Positions 23,360 to 29,461 of a stretch of DNA of 64,000 bases are shown one piece after another. Under the pieces are notes generated by a model that did not search any database, was not told where the DNA came from, and was given only the letters and a program-made list of their open reading frames with translations. Position 1 is the stretch's first letter. Each line of letters starts with the position of its first letter. The stretch is from a virus. Location of the stretch: the IMG/VR virus record IMGVR_UViG_3300036790_000500, positions 1 through 64,000 of that record; one strand, given 5' to 3'. The position numbers were made by a program, and so were the translations under genes.

Positions 23360-23473
23360 GTCGTCGAGACGAAAGCCAAGCGAGTGACGTTGCGTGCTTG
23401 GAACTCTTTCCTCCGTCCCTAGTACGAAGTACAAGGAGCGGGATGGGTCCTGGTGCGAGTCCGGGCGGCGACA
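23360..23473 (+). ncRNA. tRNA-scaffolded RNA carrying a sarcin-ricin-loop-like helix
   Basis: GTCGTCG/CGGCGAC acceptor, CCTGG-TGCGAGT-CCGGG T arm, CCGTCCC-TAGTAC-GAAGTACAA-GGA-GC-GGGATGG. Confidence 0.7.
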
Positions 23474-23485
23474 CCTTTCATCTTT

Positions 23486-23557
23486 GGGCCATTAGTGATA
23501 ACGGGAGCACACCGCACTTGCAATGCGGAGGCAGGAGTTCGACACTCCTACGGTCCA
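23486..23557 (+). tRNA. tRNA-Ala(TGC)
   Basis: G3:U70, cloverleaf. Confidence 0.88.
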
Positions 23558-23568
23558 CTTTACGAAAT

Positions 23569-23639
23569 GCTTCATTAGTTCAATGGTAGAACTCGCGGCC
23601 GATAACCGCAAGACGGAGGGTCGGTACCTCTATGAAGCA
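23569..23639 (+). tRNA. tRNA-Ile(GAT), divergent T loop, C33
   Basis: Cloverleaf. Confidence 0.8.
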
Positions 23640-23644
23640 CGACT

Positions 23645-23725
23645 GCGGTCAACGACTCGATACCTGCCGAAACGCAGGGACCCACGAGCAACGTGCCGGA
23701 ACCATCTGGAATACCGGTGGCCGCA
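23645..23725 (+). ncRNA. unknown structured RNA closed by an acceptor-like stem
   Basis: GCGGTCA/TGGCCGC-A; CTCG/CGAG, CCTGC/GCAGG, CCGG/CCGG helices. Confidence 0.5.
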
Positions 23726-23733
23726 ATCACTAT

Positions 23734-23804
23734 GCCCCCATGGCGTAACGGTAGCGTATCGTTCTTACAAATCGAAGGCCCAGGCTCGACTCCTGGTGGG
23801 GGTA
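23734..23804 (+). tRNA. tRNA-Val(TAC)
   Basis: Cloverleaf. Confidence 0.85.
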
Positions 23805-23812
23805 CTGTCCAT

Positions 23813-23888
23813 GTCTCTGTAGCACAGACGGTGAGTGCGACCGGTTGAAACCCGGAAGACGGTGATTCGATTCCACCCAGAGACGCCA
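23813..23888 (+). tRNA. tRNA-Phe(GAA)
   Basis: Cloverleaf, CCA. Confidence 0.85.
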
Positions 23889-23889
23889 T

Positions 23890-23966
23890 GCACCCGTCGC
23901 CCAATGGATAGGGCACATGATTACGAATCATGACAAGTGGAGGTTCGAGTCCTCTCGGGTGCACCA
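23890..23966 (+). tRNA. tRNA-Arg(ACG)
   Basis: Cloverleaf, CCA. Confidence 0.92.
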
Positions 23967-23967
23967 T

Positions 23968-24042
23968 GTGTCTATAGCCCAACGGATAGGGCAGCAGTTT
24001 CCGAAGTTGCAGATACAGGTTCGATTCCTGTTAGACACACCA
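23968..24042 (+). tRNA. tRNA-Arg(CCG)
   Basis: Cloverleaf, CCA. Confidence 0.9.
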
Positions 24043-24044
24043 AT

Positions 24045-24118
24045 CGAGATGTAGCCTATTGGAAGGCCCACGCTTTGGGAGCGTGCTCACGCTGGTTCGA
24101 ATCCAGTCATCTCGACCA
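24045..24118 (+). tRNA. tRNA-Pro(TGG)
   Basis: Cloverleaf, CCA. Confidence 0.9.
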
Positions 24119-24122
24119 GTTT

Positions 24123-24196
24123 GCCGGCCTAGCCCAACGGTAGTAGGCACCTCATTTAAACTGAGTCCAGTGAGGGTTCGAGTCCCTCGGTCGGCA
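24123..24196 (+). tRNA. tRNA-Leu(TAA), short variable arm
   Basis: Cloverleaf. Confidence 0.85.
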
Positions 24197-24202
24197 CTGC
24201 AT

Positions 24203-24275
24203 ACGTCGTGTGAGATGGTCTCGGCCGCGGCTCCAACCCGTTGGCGAAGGGGTTCGATTCCTCTACGGCGTGCCA
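24203..24275 (+). tRNA. tRNA-Trp(CCA), miniature D loop
   Basis: Acceptor, T arm, CTCCAAC loop, CCA. Confidence 0.75.
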
Positions 24276-24281
24276 ATGTTT

Positions 24282-24356
24282 GCCGACGTTCCCAGCGGTG
24301 AGGCAGCACGTTTAGAGCGTGATTAGTTGTAGGTTCGAATCCTATCGTCGGTACCA
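24282..24356 (+). tRNA. tRNA-Leu(TAG), short variable arm
   Basis: Acceptor, T arm, TTTAGAG loop, CCA. Confidence 0.75.
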
Positions 24357-24361
24357 GGTTT

Positions 24362-24434
24362 CGAGTTGTAGTTCAGTAGGTAGAACGCACCGTTCGGGAC
24401 GGTGAGGTCGCTCGTTCGAATCGAGTCAACTCGA
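24362..24434 (+). tRNA. tRNA-Pro(CGG)
   Basis: Cloverleaf. Confidence 0.9.
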
Positions 24435-24439
24435 CAAAC

Positions 24440-24512
24440 GCCGCCGTAGCCCAATGGCAGAGGCAATGGTTTGAGAGGCCATCCAGTGACGGTTCGAGTC
24501 CGTTCGTCGGCA
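24440..24512 (+). tRNA. tRNA-Leu(GAG), short variable arm
   Basis: Cloverleaf. Confidence 0.85.
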
Positions 24513-24517
24513 CAACG

Positions 24518-24528
24518 TGTGGTATGAT
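24518..24528 (+). promoter_or_regulatory. extended -10 promoter TGTGGTATGAT inside the tRNA array
   Basis: Same motif as at 2865, 10371, 17448, 25508, 27043. Confidence 0.65.
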
Positions 24529-24541
24529 TGCTTCAGCAACT

Positions 24542-24630
24542 GCTCCTGTAGTTTAACGGCAAAACCCCGGCCTTATACTCCGGTCGCGCTGGATTAGCGC
24601 AAGTTCTCGGTTCGAATCCGAGCGGGAGCA
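24542..24630 (+). tRNA. tRNA-Ile(TAT)-like with long variable arm
   Basis: Cloverleaf, CTTATAC loop, GCGCT-GGATT-AGCGC extra arm. Confidence 0.75.
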
Positions 24631-24634
24631 CCGT

Positions 24635-24711
24635 GACCCCGTATCCCCTCGACCTCCTAAGTCGGTGAAAGGGTAACCGGACACATGCAGGTTCAATTCC
24701 TGTCGGGGTCG
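24635..24711 (+). tRNA. rearranged tRNA-Arg(CCT)-like RNA with no 5' D arm
   Basis: GACCCCG/CGGGGTC, CGAC-CTCCTAA-GTCG, long 3' insert, canonical T arm. Confidence 0.65.
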
Positions 24712-24718
24712 CTTTTTT

Positions 24719-24803
24719 TGCAGGGACAAGCACCGGGCGCTGGTCGGGCTCATAATCCGACGCCGAGAGGCACAGTGGGTTCGATTCCCATCCCCTGCTA
24801 CCA
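24719..24803 (+). tRNA. tRNA-Met(CAT), initiator-like, with extra arm
   Basis: 1:72 mismatch, GGG in anticodon stem, GCC-GAGA-GGC arm, CCA. Confidence 0.7.
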
Positions 24804-24805
24804 AT

Positions 24806-24890
24806 GGGAGTGTAGACGGTTAAGGAGACCGCCCCGGCTGTAACCCGGGAGCCCCAACGGGCCAGCCAGGTTCGATACCCGGCACTCTCA
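24806..24890 (+). tRNA. tRNA-Tyr(GTA)
   Basis: Cloverleaf with long variable arm. Confidence 0.85.
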
Positions 24891-24893
24891 CTA

Positions 24894-24973
24894 GGATACG
24901 AAAGCGGCGATTCGCGCCGGTAGGCTTGCAGGCCTGCGAGGTTCCCGCTGCAGGGAAGGGACTTTCGTATCCA
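24894..24973 (+). ncRNA. unknown four-way-junction RNA
   Basis: 11-bp closing stem GGATACGAAAG/CTTTCGTATCC with three internal hairpins. Confidence 0.6.
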
Positions 24974-24980
24974 TTGCCTT

Positions 24981-25057
24981 GGGTCTCTGGCGAAATCGCG
25001 TATCGTACCTCCCTCTTAAGGAGCGAGTTCTGGGTTCGAATCCCAGGAGACCCACCA
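24981..25057 (+). tRNA. tRNA-Lys(CTT)
   Basis: Cloverleaf, CCA. Confidence 0.88.
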
Positions 25058-25063
25058 TCACCT

Positions 25064-25136
25064 GCTTCGTAAGTCCGCTGGCGCGGACAGGCGATTGTCT
25101 ATCGTCTCAAGATGGGTTCAATTCCCATACGAAGCG
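25064..25136 (+). tRNA. tRNA-Asp(GTC)
   Basis: Cloverleaf. Confidence 0.85.
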
Positions 25137-25140
25137 CTCA

Positions 25141-25213
25141 GGGAGAAGACGCGGTTCAATTCCGCGGCACTGGAGGTGACTCCGGTGTGAGTGTGACGGC
25201 TACGCACGCTCCC
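25141..25213 (+). ncRNA. circularly permuted tRNA mimic (YrlA Y-RNA-like arm order: T arm, closed acceptor stem, D arm)
   Basis: GGGAG-AAGA-CGCGG.TTCAATT.CCGCG-GCACTGGAG.GTGA.CTCCGGTGT-GA-GTGT.GACGGCTAC.GCAC-G-CTCCC. Confidence 0.75.
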
Positions 25214-25220
25214 GCTCTAT

Positions 25221-25291
25221 GGCGCATTCGGTCAATGGTAGGCCGCCCGGTTCTCAGCCGGATAACATGAGTTCGATTCTCATATGCGCTA
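25221..25291 (+). tRNA. tRNA-Glu(CTC)
   Basis: Cloverleaf. Confidence 0.88.
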
Positions 25292-25295
25292 CTTA

Positions 25296-25416
25296 GTCGT
25301 AGAACTACCCGCGTAGTCGCGTGCGGGGGGCAGGGGAGGTTACGGCGCGTTCAGGGCGCCAAGAACAGAACCTCCGTAGTCGGTTGGGCACTGAACCGCA
25401 ATCGGCGAACGGACAC
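25296..25416 (+). ncRNA. unknown multi-hairpin RNA
   Basis: CCCGC/GCGGG, GGAGGTT/AACCTCC with GGCGC/GCGCC, GTCGGTTG/CAATCGGC helices; no ORF. Confidence 0.5.
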
Positions 25417-25421
25417 TTTTC

Positions 25422-25495
25422 GCGGGCTTGGCCGATTGGTTAGGCGCTGGATTTCCACTCCAGTCAGAGGGTTTCGATTACCCTAGTCCGCTCCA
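25422..25495 (+). tRNA. tRNA-Gly(TCC)
   Basis: Cloverleaf, CCA. Confidence 0.88.
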
Positions 25496-25520
25496 ATTCC
25501 GAAGTGGTATGATGCATGCC

Positions 25521-26294
25521 ATGAAACTGCCGCTAATGCTTGCTACGTTGGGGGCCCTCGTCGCCCCCGTCCACGCCGACGGAATGTCGTCGGGTGTAAC
25601 GAACCGGGGGGACTGCCCTCACGTTAAGAAGAGCGTCGTCGTTCACCGGCGAAAGCGAGTTGCTCCGCCGACGAAGCCATCGACGCCGGTGAGTCCTCCC
25701 GTGCGTTTGGCCTGTAGTTGTCCTCCCGGTCTCCAAGGCCCTCCGGGACCGAAGGGACCTCCGGGTGAGACCGAGGTCGTTATCCGGGTCGTACACGAAG
25801 TCATTCGTGAGCAGGCTCCAAGCATCATGCTTCGCCTCGGTGTGATGGGCCAGGCGTATGGACCTCACGGTGACTGGGCATGGGGGCCGGCACTGCAACT
25901 GGCCGTTCCACTCGACCATCGTGACCGAAACGAACTCGTAATCGACGCCGGCCTGGCCGACATCGCTAACGGTGCCTCGTGGAGTCCGGGTCGGGAACCG
26001 GGACTCATGCTCCACGTCGGATACGCCCACTACCTCAGGTCCGTCCCCTGGCTGGGCGTTACCGGCGGCGTGGTTTACACGGCGATTAACGGCTCACCGC
26101 AGAACGGTCAGGTCGAGGGGCGTTACCTCTCGGGAGACATCGGGCTGGTGGCCCGGAAGTCCCTCGGTCGGTCACTCAGCCTTCGAGTTGAGGTCGGACC
26201 GACGGTCGGTGGACTCAGGGACACCCACGACCCCAATGACACGCAACTCGGAATCGGAGCGCAAGGCGCGGCTTTCCTGGGAGTAAGGTTCTAA
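25521..26294 (+). CDS. secreted protein with short collagen-like stretch and outer-membrane beta-barrel-like C-terminus, leaderless
   Basis: Signal peptide, GLQGPPGPKGPPG, amphipathic strands, terminal Phe; GTGGTATGAT 7 nt upstream. Confidence 0.75.
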   Translation: MKLPLMLATLGALVAPVHADGMSSGVTNRGDCPHVKKSVVVHRRKRVAPPTKPSTPVSPPVRLACSCPPGLQGPPGPKGPPGETEVVIRVVHEVIREQAPSIMLRLGVMGQAYGPHGDWAWGPALQLAVPLDHRDRNELVIDAGLADIANGASWSPGREPGLMLHVGYAHYLRSVPWLGVTGGVVYTAINGSPQNGQVEGRYLSGDIGLVARKSLGRSLSLRVEVGPTVGGLRDTHDPNDTQLGIGAQGAAFLGVRF

Positions 26295-26297
26295 GAC

Positions 26298-26639
26298 ATG
26301 AAATCAATCCTTCTCTCCCTTCTCATTTGCCTGGCGGCATGCGCTAGCCTCGACCGCAGTGACAACCCCCAGGCCGCGCCGCCCGCTGACGCTGAATCCA
26401 GTCCGGTCGGTTCTGATGCGAGCATGCCTCCTCCGCCGCCCCCTCCTCCCATCGATGCCTCGATTCCCGAGGACGCTCCCGAGCAGCCGGACGCGGGGTG
26501 CCACACCGGCTGTACCTGCGACAGCGACTGCTCCCACGGAGAGTACTGCGTGAGCGGGACCTGCGAGCGGAAGTGCGGTTGCATGGAGGACTGCCCGTCG
26601 GGGTACTCCTGTGACCGCGGCTACTGCGAACTCAAGTAG
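26298..26639 (+). CDS. Cys-rich lipoprotein (CxxDxDCxxGxxC repeats)
   Basis: LAAC lipobox, Pro/DA linker, two Cys-rich repeats. Confidence 0.8.
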   Translation: MKSILLSLLICLAACASLDRSDNPQAAPPADAESSPVGSDASMPPPPPPPPIDASIPEDAPEQPDAGCHTGCTCDSDCSHGEYCVSGTCERKCGCMEDCPSGYSCDRGYCELK

Positions 26640-26707
26640 CCGTTGACGGTCTCCGGCCCGGCTCCCACGTGAAGACCGTGTGGGATGAGAAAAACCGGGT
26701 TAACTCT

Positions 26708-26776
26708 GCGGGTGGCGTAAGGTACGCCGCGACGTTGCCAACGTAGCACCAGCCGGTTCGATTCCGGTCGCCCGCT
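26708..26776 (+). tRNA. tRNA-Gly(GCC), atypical D-arm junction
   Basis: GCGGGTG/CGCCCGC-U73, TTGCCAA loop, T arm. Confidence 0.75.
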
Positions 26777-26787
26777 CCGCTCTCGAT

Positions 26788-27036
26788 TCAGTTCGCCGTT
26801 TCGATGCTCTCGGCCTCACCCAGGACGCAACCGAAACTCGCCGCGAAGTGCTCCATCGACGAGTATCGAACTCCCTCGGCCTCGAACGTCCCGTCCTCCT
26901 TCTCCCAGACGATGAAGGAGGGAGAACCACAGAACGGTCCGGTGGAGTGCAACTCGAACATGTACTCCCGACCGCTGGGAGTGGAGAGCAACACGCGGTA
27001 CTTCTTTCCGACTGCGGTTGAAATCAGGACCGGCAT
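26788..27036 (-). CDS. hypothetical protein, leaderless, antisense within the tRNA array
   Basis: TTGCGGTATGAT 6 nt upstream of the ATG. Confidence 0.65.
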   Translation of the reverse strand: MPVLISTAVGKKYRVLLSTPSGREYMFELHSTGPFCGSPSFIVWEKEDGTFEAEGVRYSSMEHFAASFGCVLGEAESIETAN

Positions 27037-27061
27037 TCCCTCATCATACCGCAACACTTTT

Positions 27062-27141
27062 GGCGTCGTCGTTCAACGGACAACAAGGACCGCGGCCTTT
27101 CACCCCGCAGATGCAGGGTTCGACTCCCTCCGACGCCACCA
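27062..27141 (+). tRNA. tRNA-Glu(TTC)
   Basis: Cloverleaf, CCA. Confidence 0.85.
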
Positions 27142-27160
27142 CCAGCAGCATCACCATCAC

Positions 27161-27234
27161 GCACGGCACCTGGCGGCCAGGCTAACGGTTGCAACCCGTT
27201 AAGGACTCGGTTCGACCCCGAGGCTCGTGCTCCA
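27161..27234 (+). tRNA. tRNA-Cys(GCA), bulged acceptor
   Basis: AACGG-TTGCAAC-CCGTT, U73, CCA. Confidence 0.75.
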
Positions 27235-27235
27235 T

Positions 27236-27310
27236 GCCTCCGTCGCCCAACGGACAGGGTCCCGCTCTTCTAAAGCGGCAGTGGGGGTTCGAGTCCTCCC
27301 GGAGGCGCCA
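27236..27310 (+). tRNA. tRNA-Arg(TCT)
   Basis: Cloverleaf, CCA. Confidence 0.9.
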
Positions 27311-27320
27311 CTTAACTACG

Positions 27321-27770
27321 ATGCGTTACCAAGAGAAGTCCTGGAGTTGCGGAGCGGCCTCGCTGGCGAACGCCTGCCGGGCCCTCGGTAAGCGGGTCTC
27401 GGAGCGTCGCATGCGGGCCCTCTGCGGAACGAACGAGAACGGGACCGACGAGGCGGAGTTGATTCAGGCGGCGCGGGCCCTCGGCCTCACCGCTACGGAG
27501 TTCAAGGGAGCCGACAAGGGGGCCGCCTGGGCCTACGTCAGAGCACAACTCCTAGAGGGTCGGCCCTCCCTCCTCTGCGTCGAGCAGTGGCAGCACTGGA
27601 TTGCAGCGGTCGGCATCGTCGGTGACAAGGTCATCGTGATTGACCCCGCGAACACGGTCAGGAACATCGCTGAGAACGGTGTCTGGACGATGAACCGCAA
27701 CGAACTCGGAAAGACCTGGCGGTCCAGGGACCCCCAGGAGCCCTTCTATGTGCTTACCGTAGGAAAGTGA
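27321..27770 (+). CDS. stand-alone C39-like cysteine peptidase
   Basis: Q....SCGAASL, HW and VIDP catalytic motifs. Confidence 0.85.
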   Translation: MRYQEKSWSCGAASLANACRALGKRVSERRMRALCGTNENGTDEAELIQAARALGLTATEFKGADKGAAWAYVRAQLLEGRPSLLCVEQWQHWIAAVGIVGDKVIVIDPANTVRNIAENGVWTMNRNELGKTWRSRDPQEPFYVLTVGK

Positions 27771-27832
27771 CTACCTCATAGGGGCAGCGTTTCCATCACC
27801 TCTCAGACAAAACGAGAGTGGCTACAGAGCAA

Positions 27833-27903
27833 GCCAGCGAGGCCCGGGCGGCCTGGCCTGTTTCATAAGCAGGACCGCAGCGGTTCGACTCCGCTCGTTG
27901 GCA
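27833..27903 (+). tRNA. tRNA with CAT anticodon (Met or Ile2), degenerate D arm
   Basis: GCCAGCG/CGTTGGC, CCTGT-TTCATAA-GCAGG, T arm. Confidence 0.7.
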
Positions 27904-27912
27904 CGAAGACTC

Positions 27913-27994
27913 GGATGGTAAACCCACGCGGCGTGGGGCGCGCCCGCTAAGCGACGCAAGGCGAAAGTCAGGGGTTCGATTCCTCTACCATCCG
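27913..27994 (+). tRNA. tRNA-Ser(GCT)
   Basis: GGATGGT/ACCATCC-G, long variable arm. Confidence 0.78.
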
Positions 27995-28096
27995 CAAACC
28001 AATAGAACAGCCGCGATGCACAAAAAGGCGTCCTCACGCGTCCTCTACTTAACTACTTAAAACATACTAACTCCCAAGAGATAGACGAACCAATAC

Positions 28097-28125
28097 CGGC
28101 CCGGTCCAAAAGACCGGGCCGTTGC
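28097..28125 (+). terminator. GC-rich hairpin, possible terminator
   Basis: CGGCCCGGTC-caaaa-GACCGGGCCG; weak U tract. Confidence 0.45.
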
Positions 28126-28168
28126 TGTCCATATGGACTATAGACGCGGGTGAGGCTACGTACCCCGC

Positions 28169-28501
28169 ATGCCCACTACTGAGAACGAAGTGAAGACCGA
28201 GACTGTGAACCCCCTTGAGACGAGAGTCCGTGAACTCGAGGCGGAACTGAAGTCCGTGAGGGACAAGCACGACTACCAGGAGCGCCGAGCCGACGAGGCC
28301 GAGAGGAAACTGAAGGCCAAGCCGACGGCAAAGGGAGTCACCGAGGACAACGTGGTCATCCTCGATGGGAAGGTCCATCCCATCGTGAACACCTATCGCG
28401 CCGACAACACAAACGCTGACGTCAAGCGCGGCTACGTCCCCGAGAACGAGACCCTCGTTCACATCGGGGTTCAGCACGCCGGCTTCACCAGACGGAAGTA
28501 A
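28169..28501 (+). CDS. hypothetical protein with N-terminal coiled coil
   Basis: ORF, phage-like codon use. Confidence 0.7.
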   Translation: MPTTENEVKTETVNPLETRVRELEAELKSVRDKHDYQERRADEAERKLKAKPTAKGVTEDNVVILDGKVHPIVNTYRADNTNADVKRGYVPENETLVHIGVQHAGFTRRK

Positions 28502-28510
28502 GATACCGGG

Positions 28511-29458
28511 GTGACCCGGGTCCATCTTCCGTTATACGGCCAACTCAAAGAACACGTCTCCTTCAGTGAACTTCGGCTCTTCAACGAGTGCAACTGGAAG
28601 TGGTTCCTCAGGAAGGTCGCCGCTGTCGTGGCGGACGACGACCGCTCGTTCCAGATGGATTTCGGCAAAGCGGTCCACGCAGGTATGGAACTTCTATACT
28701 CCAGTGGACCGAAGGCCGGCGACGCTGTCGAGGCGAGCCTCTTAGCCTCGAAAATCTACGATGAGGCCCTGGTCCAGTACGGCCTGGGTTCCGTTCCTGA
28801 GTTGCATCCCTCCGACCTCAAGGAGGCTCTTAGGATTAGGGACCTGCTCCCGAAGATATTCGCGGACGCTCTGCTCTGCCCCGACCTTCAGGACATCCGT
28901 CCGCTGAGGTCTGAGTTACAGTTGATGGAGCCCATTCAGCGGACGGATGGGCTCGAGGTGAAGTTTAAGGGCTTCATCGACATCATCTACGTCAAGAAAC
29001 TGAAGACGAAGTCGGTCATCTACATCGCTGACTTCAAGACCTGTCAGTGGGGATGGCAGGCCGGGAAGTTCGATGACATCGAGGTCATCTCACAGATACT
29101 TCTCTACAAGCACTTCTTCTGCAAGTTGACCGGGGCCGACCCAAGGAACGTGACGGTGGCCTTCATCCTCCTCAAGAAGAGACCCAAGAGGCTCTCAAAG
29201 AAGGGCGAGGAGCCGGTGGTCTATGACCTGAGCGTCGACGTCTGCAAGGTCGGTGGCGGTCCCAAGGCAACGAACAGGGCCTTGGACTACCTGCAGACCT
29301 CAGTCACCGCGATGCACTCGTACAGTTACGAGCAGAACTTTAACGTCTGTAAGCGTGTCTGGACGGACCAGGAGACAGGAGAGGAACGGAAAGCAGTCTG
29401 CCAGTACCTGGGCACTGACGACTGTCCGGGGTCTGCGGAGGTTCGGTCGGTTACTTAG
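28511..29458 (+). CDS. PD-(D/E)XK RecB/Cas4-like exonuclease
   Basis: HVSFS...C, FGKAVH, E, KGFID, IADFKT, Q..LY and C-terminal Cys residues. Confidence 0.85.
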   Translation: MTRVHLPLYGQLKEHVSFSELRLFNECNWKWFLRKVAAVVADDDRSFQMDFGKAVHAGMELLYSSGPKAGDAVEASLLASKIYDEALVQYGLGSVPELHPSDLKEALRIRDLLPKIFADALLCPDLQDIRPLRSELQLMEPIQRTDGLEVKFKGFIDIIYVKKLKTKSVIYIADFKTCQWGWQAGKFDDIEVISQILLYKHFFCKLTGADPRNVTVAFILLKKRPKRLSKKGEEPVVYDLSVDVCKVGGGPKATNRALDYLQTSVTAMHSYSYEQNFNVCKRVWTDQETGEERKAVCQYLGTDDCPGSAEVRSVT

Positions 29459-29461
29459 GAC

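Noticed and set aside
23413-23446. Fragment of a real 23S rRNA gene
   Set aside because: Similarity is limited to helix 95, and it is embedded in a tRNA-like scaffold with no flanking rRNA sequence.
21755-25500. ORFs predicted across the tRNA array
   Set aside because: They overlap clear tRNA cloverleaves; only the HNH ORF has protein motifs.
26645-26700. Possible ribozyme or terminator after the lipoprotein gene (CCCGG/CCGGG with TCCCAC/GTGGGA)
   Set aside because: Pairing is visible but there is no recognisable catalytic core or U tract; not enough support.
28511-29458. Cas4 as part of a CRISPR system
   Set aside because: No array or other cas genes; stand-alone PD-(D/E)XK exonucleases are common in large phages.
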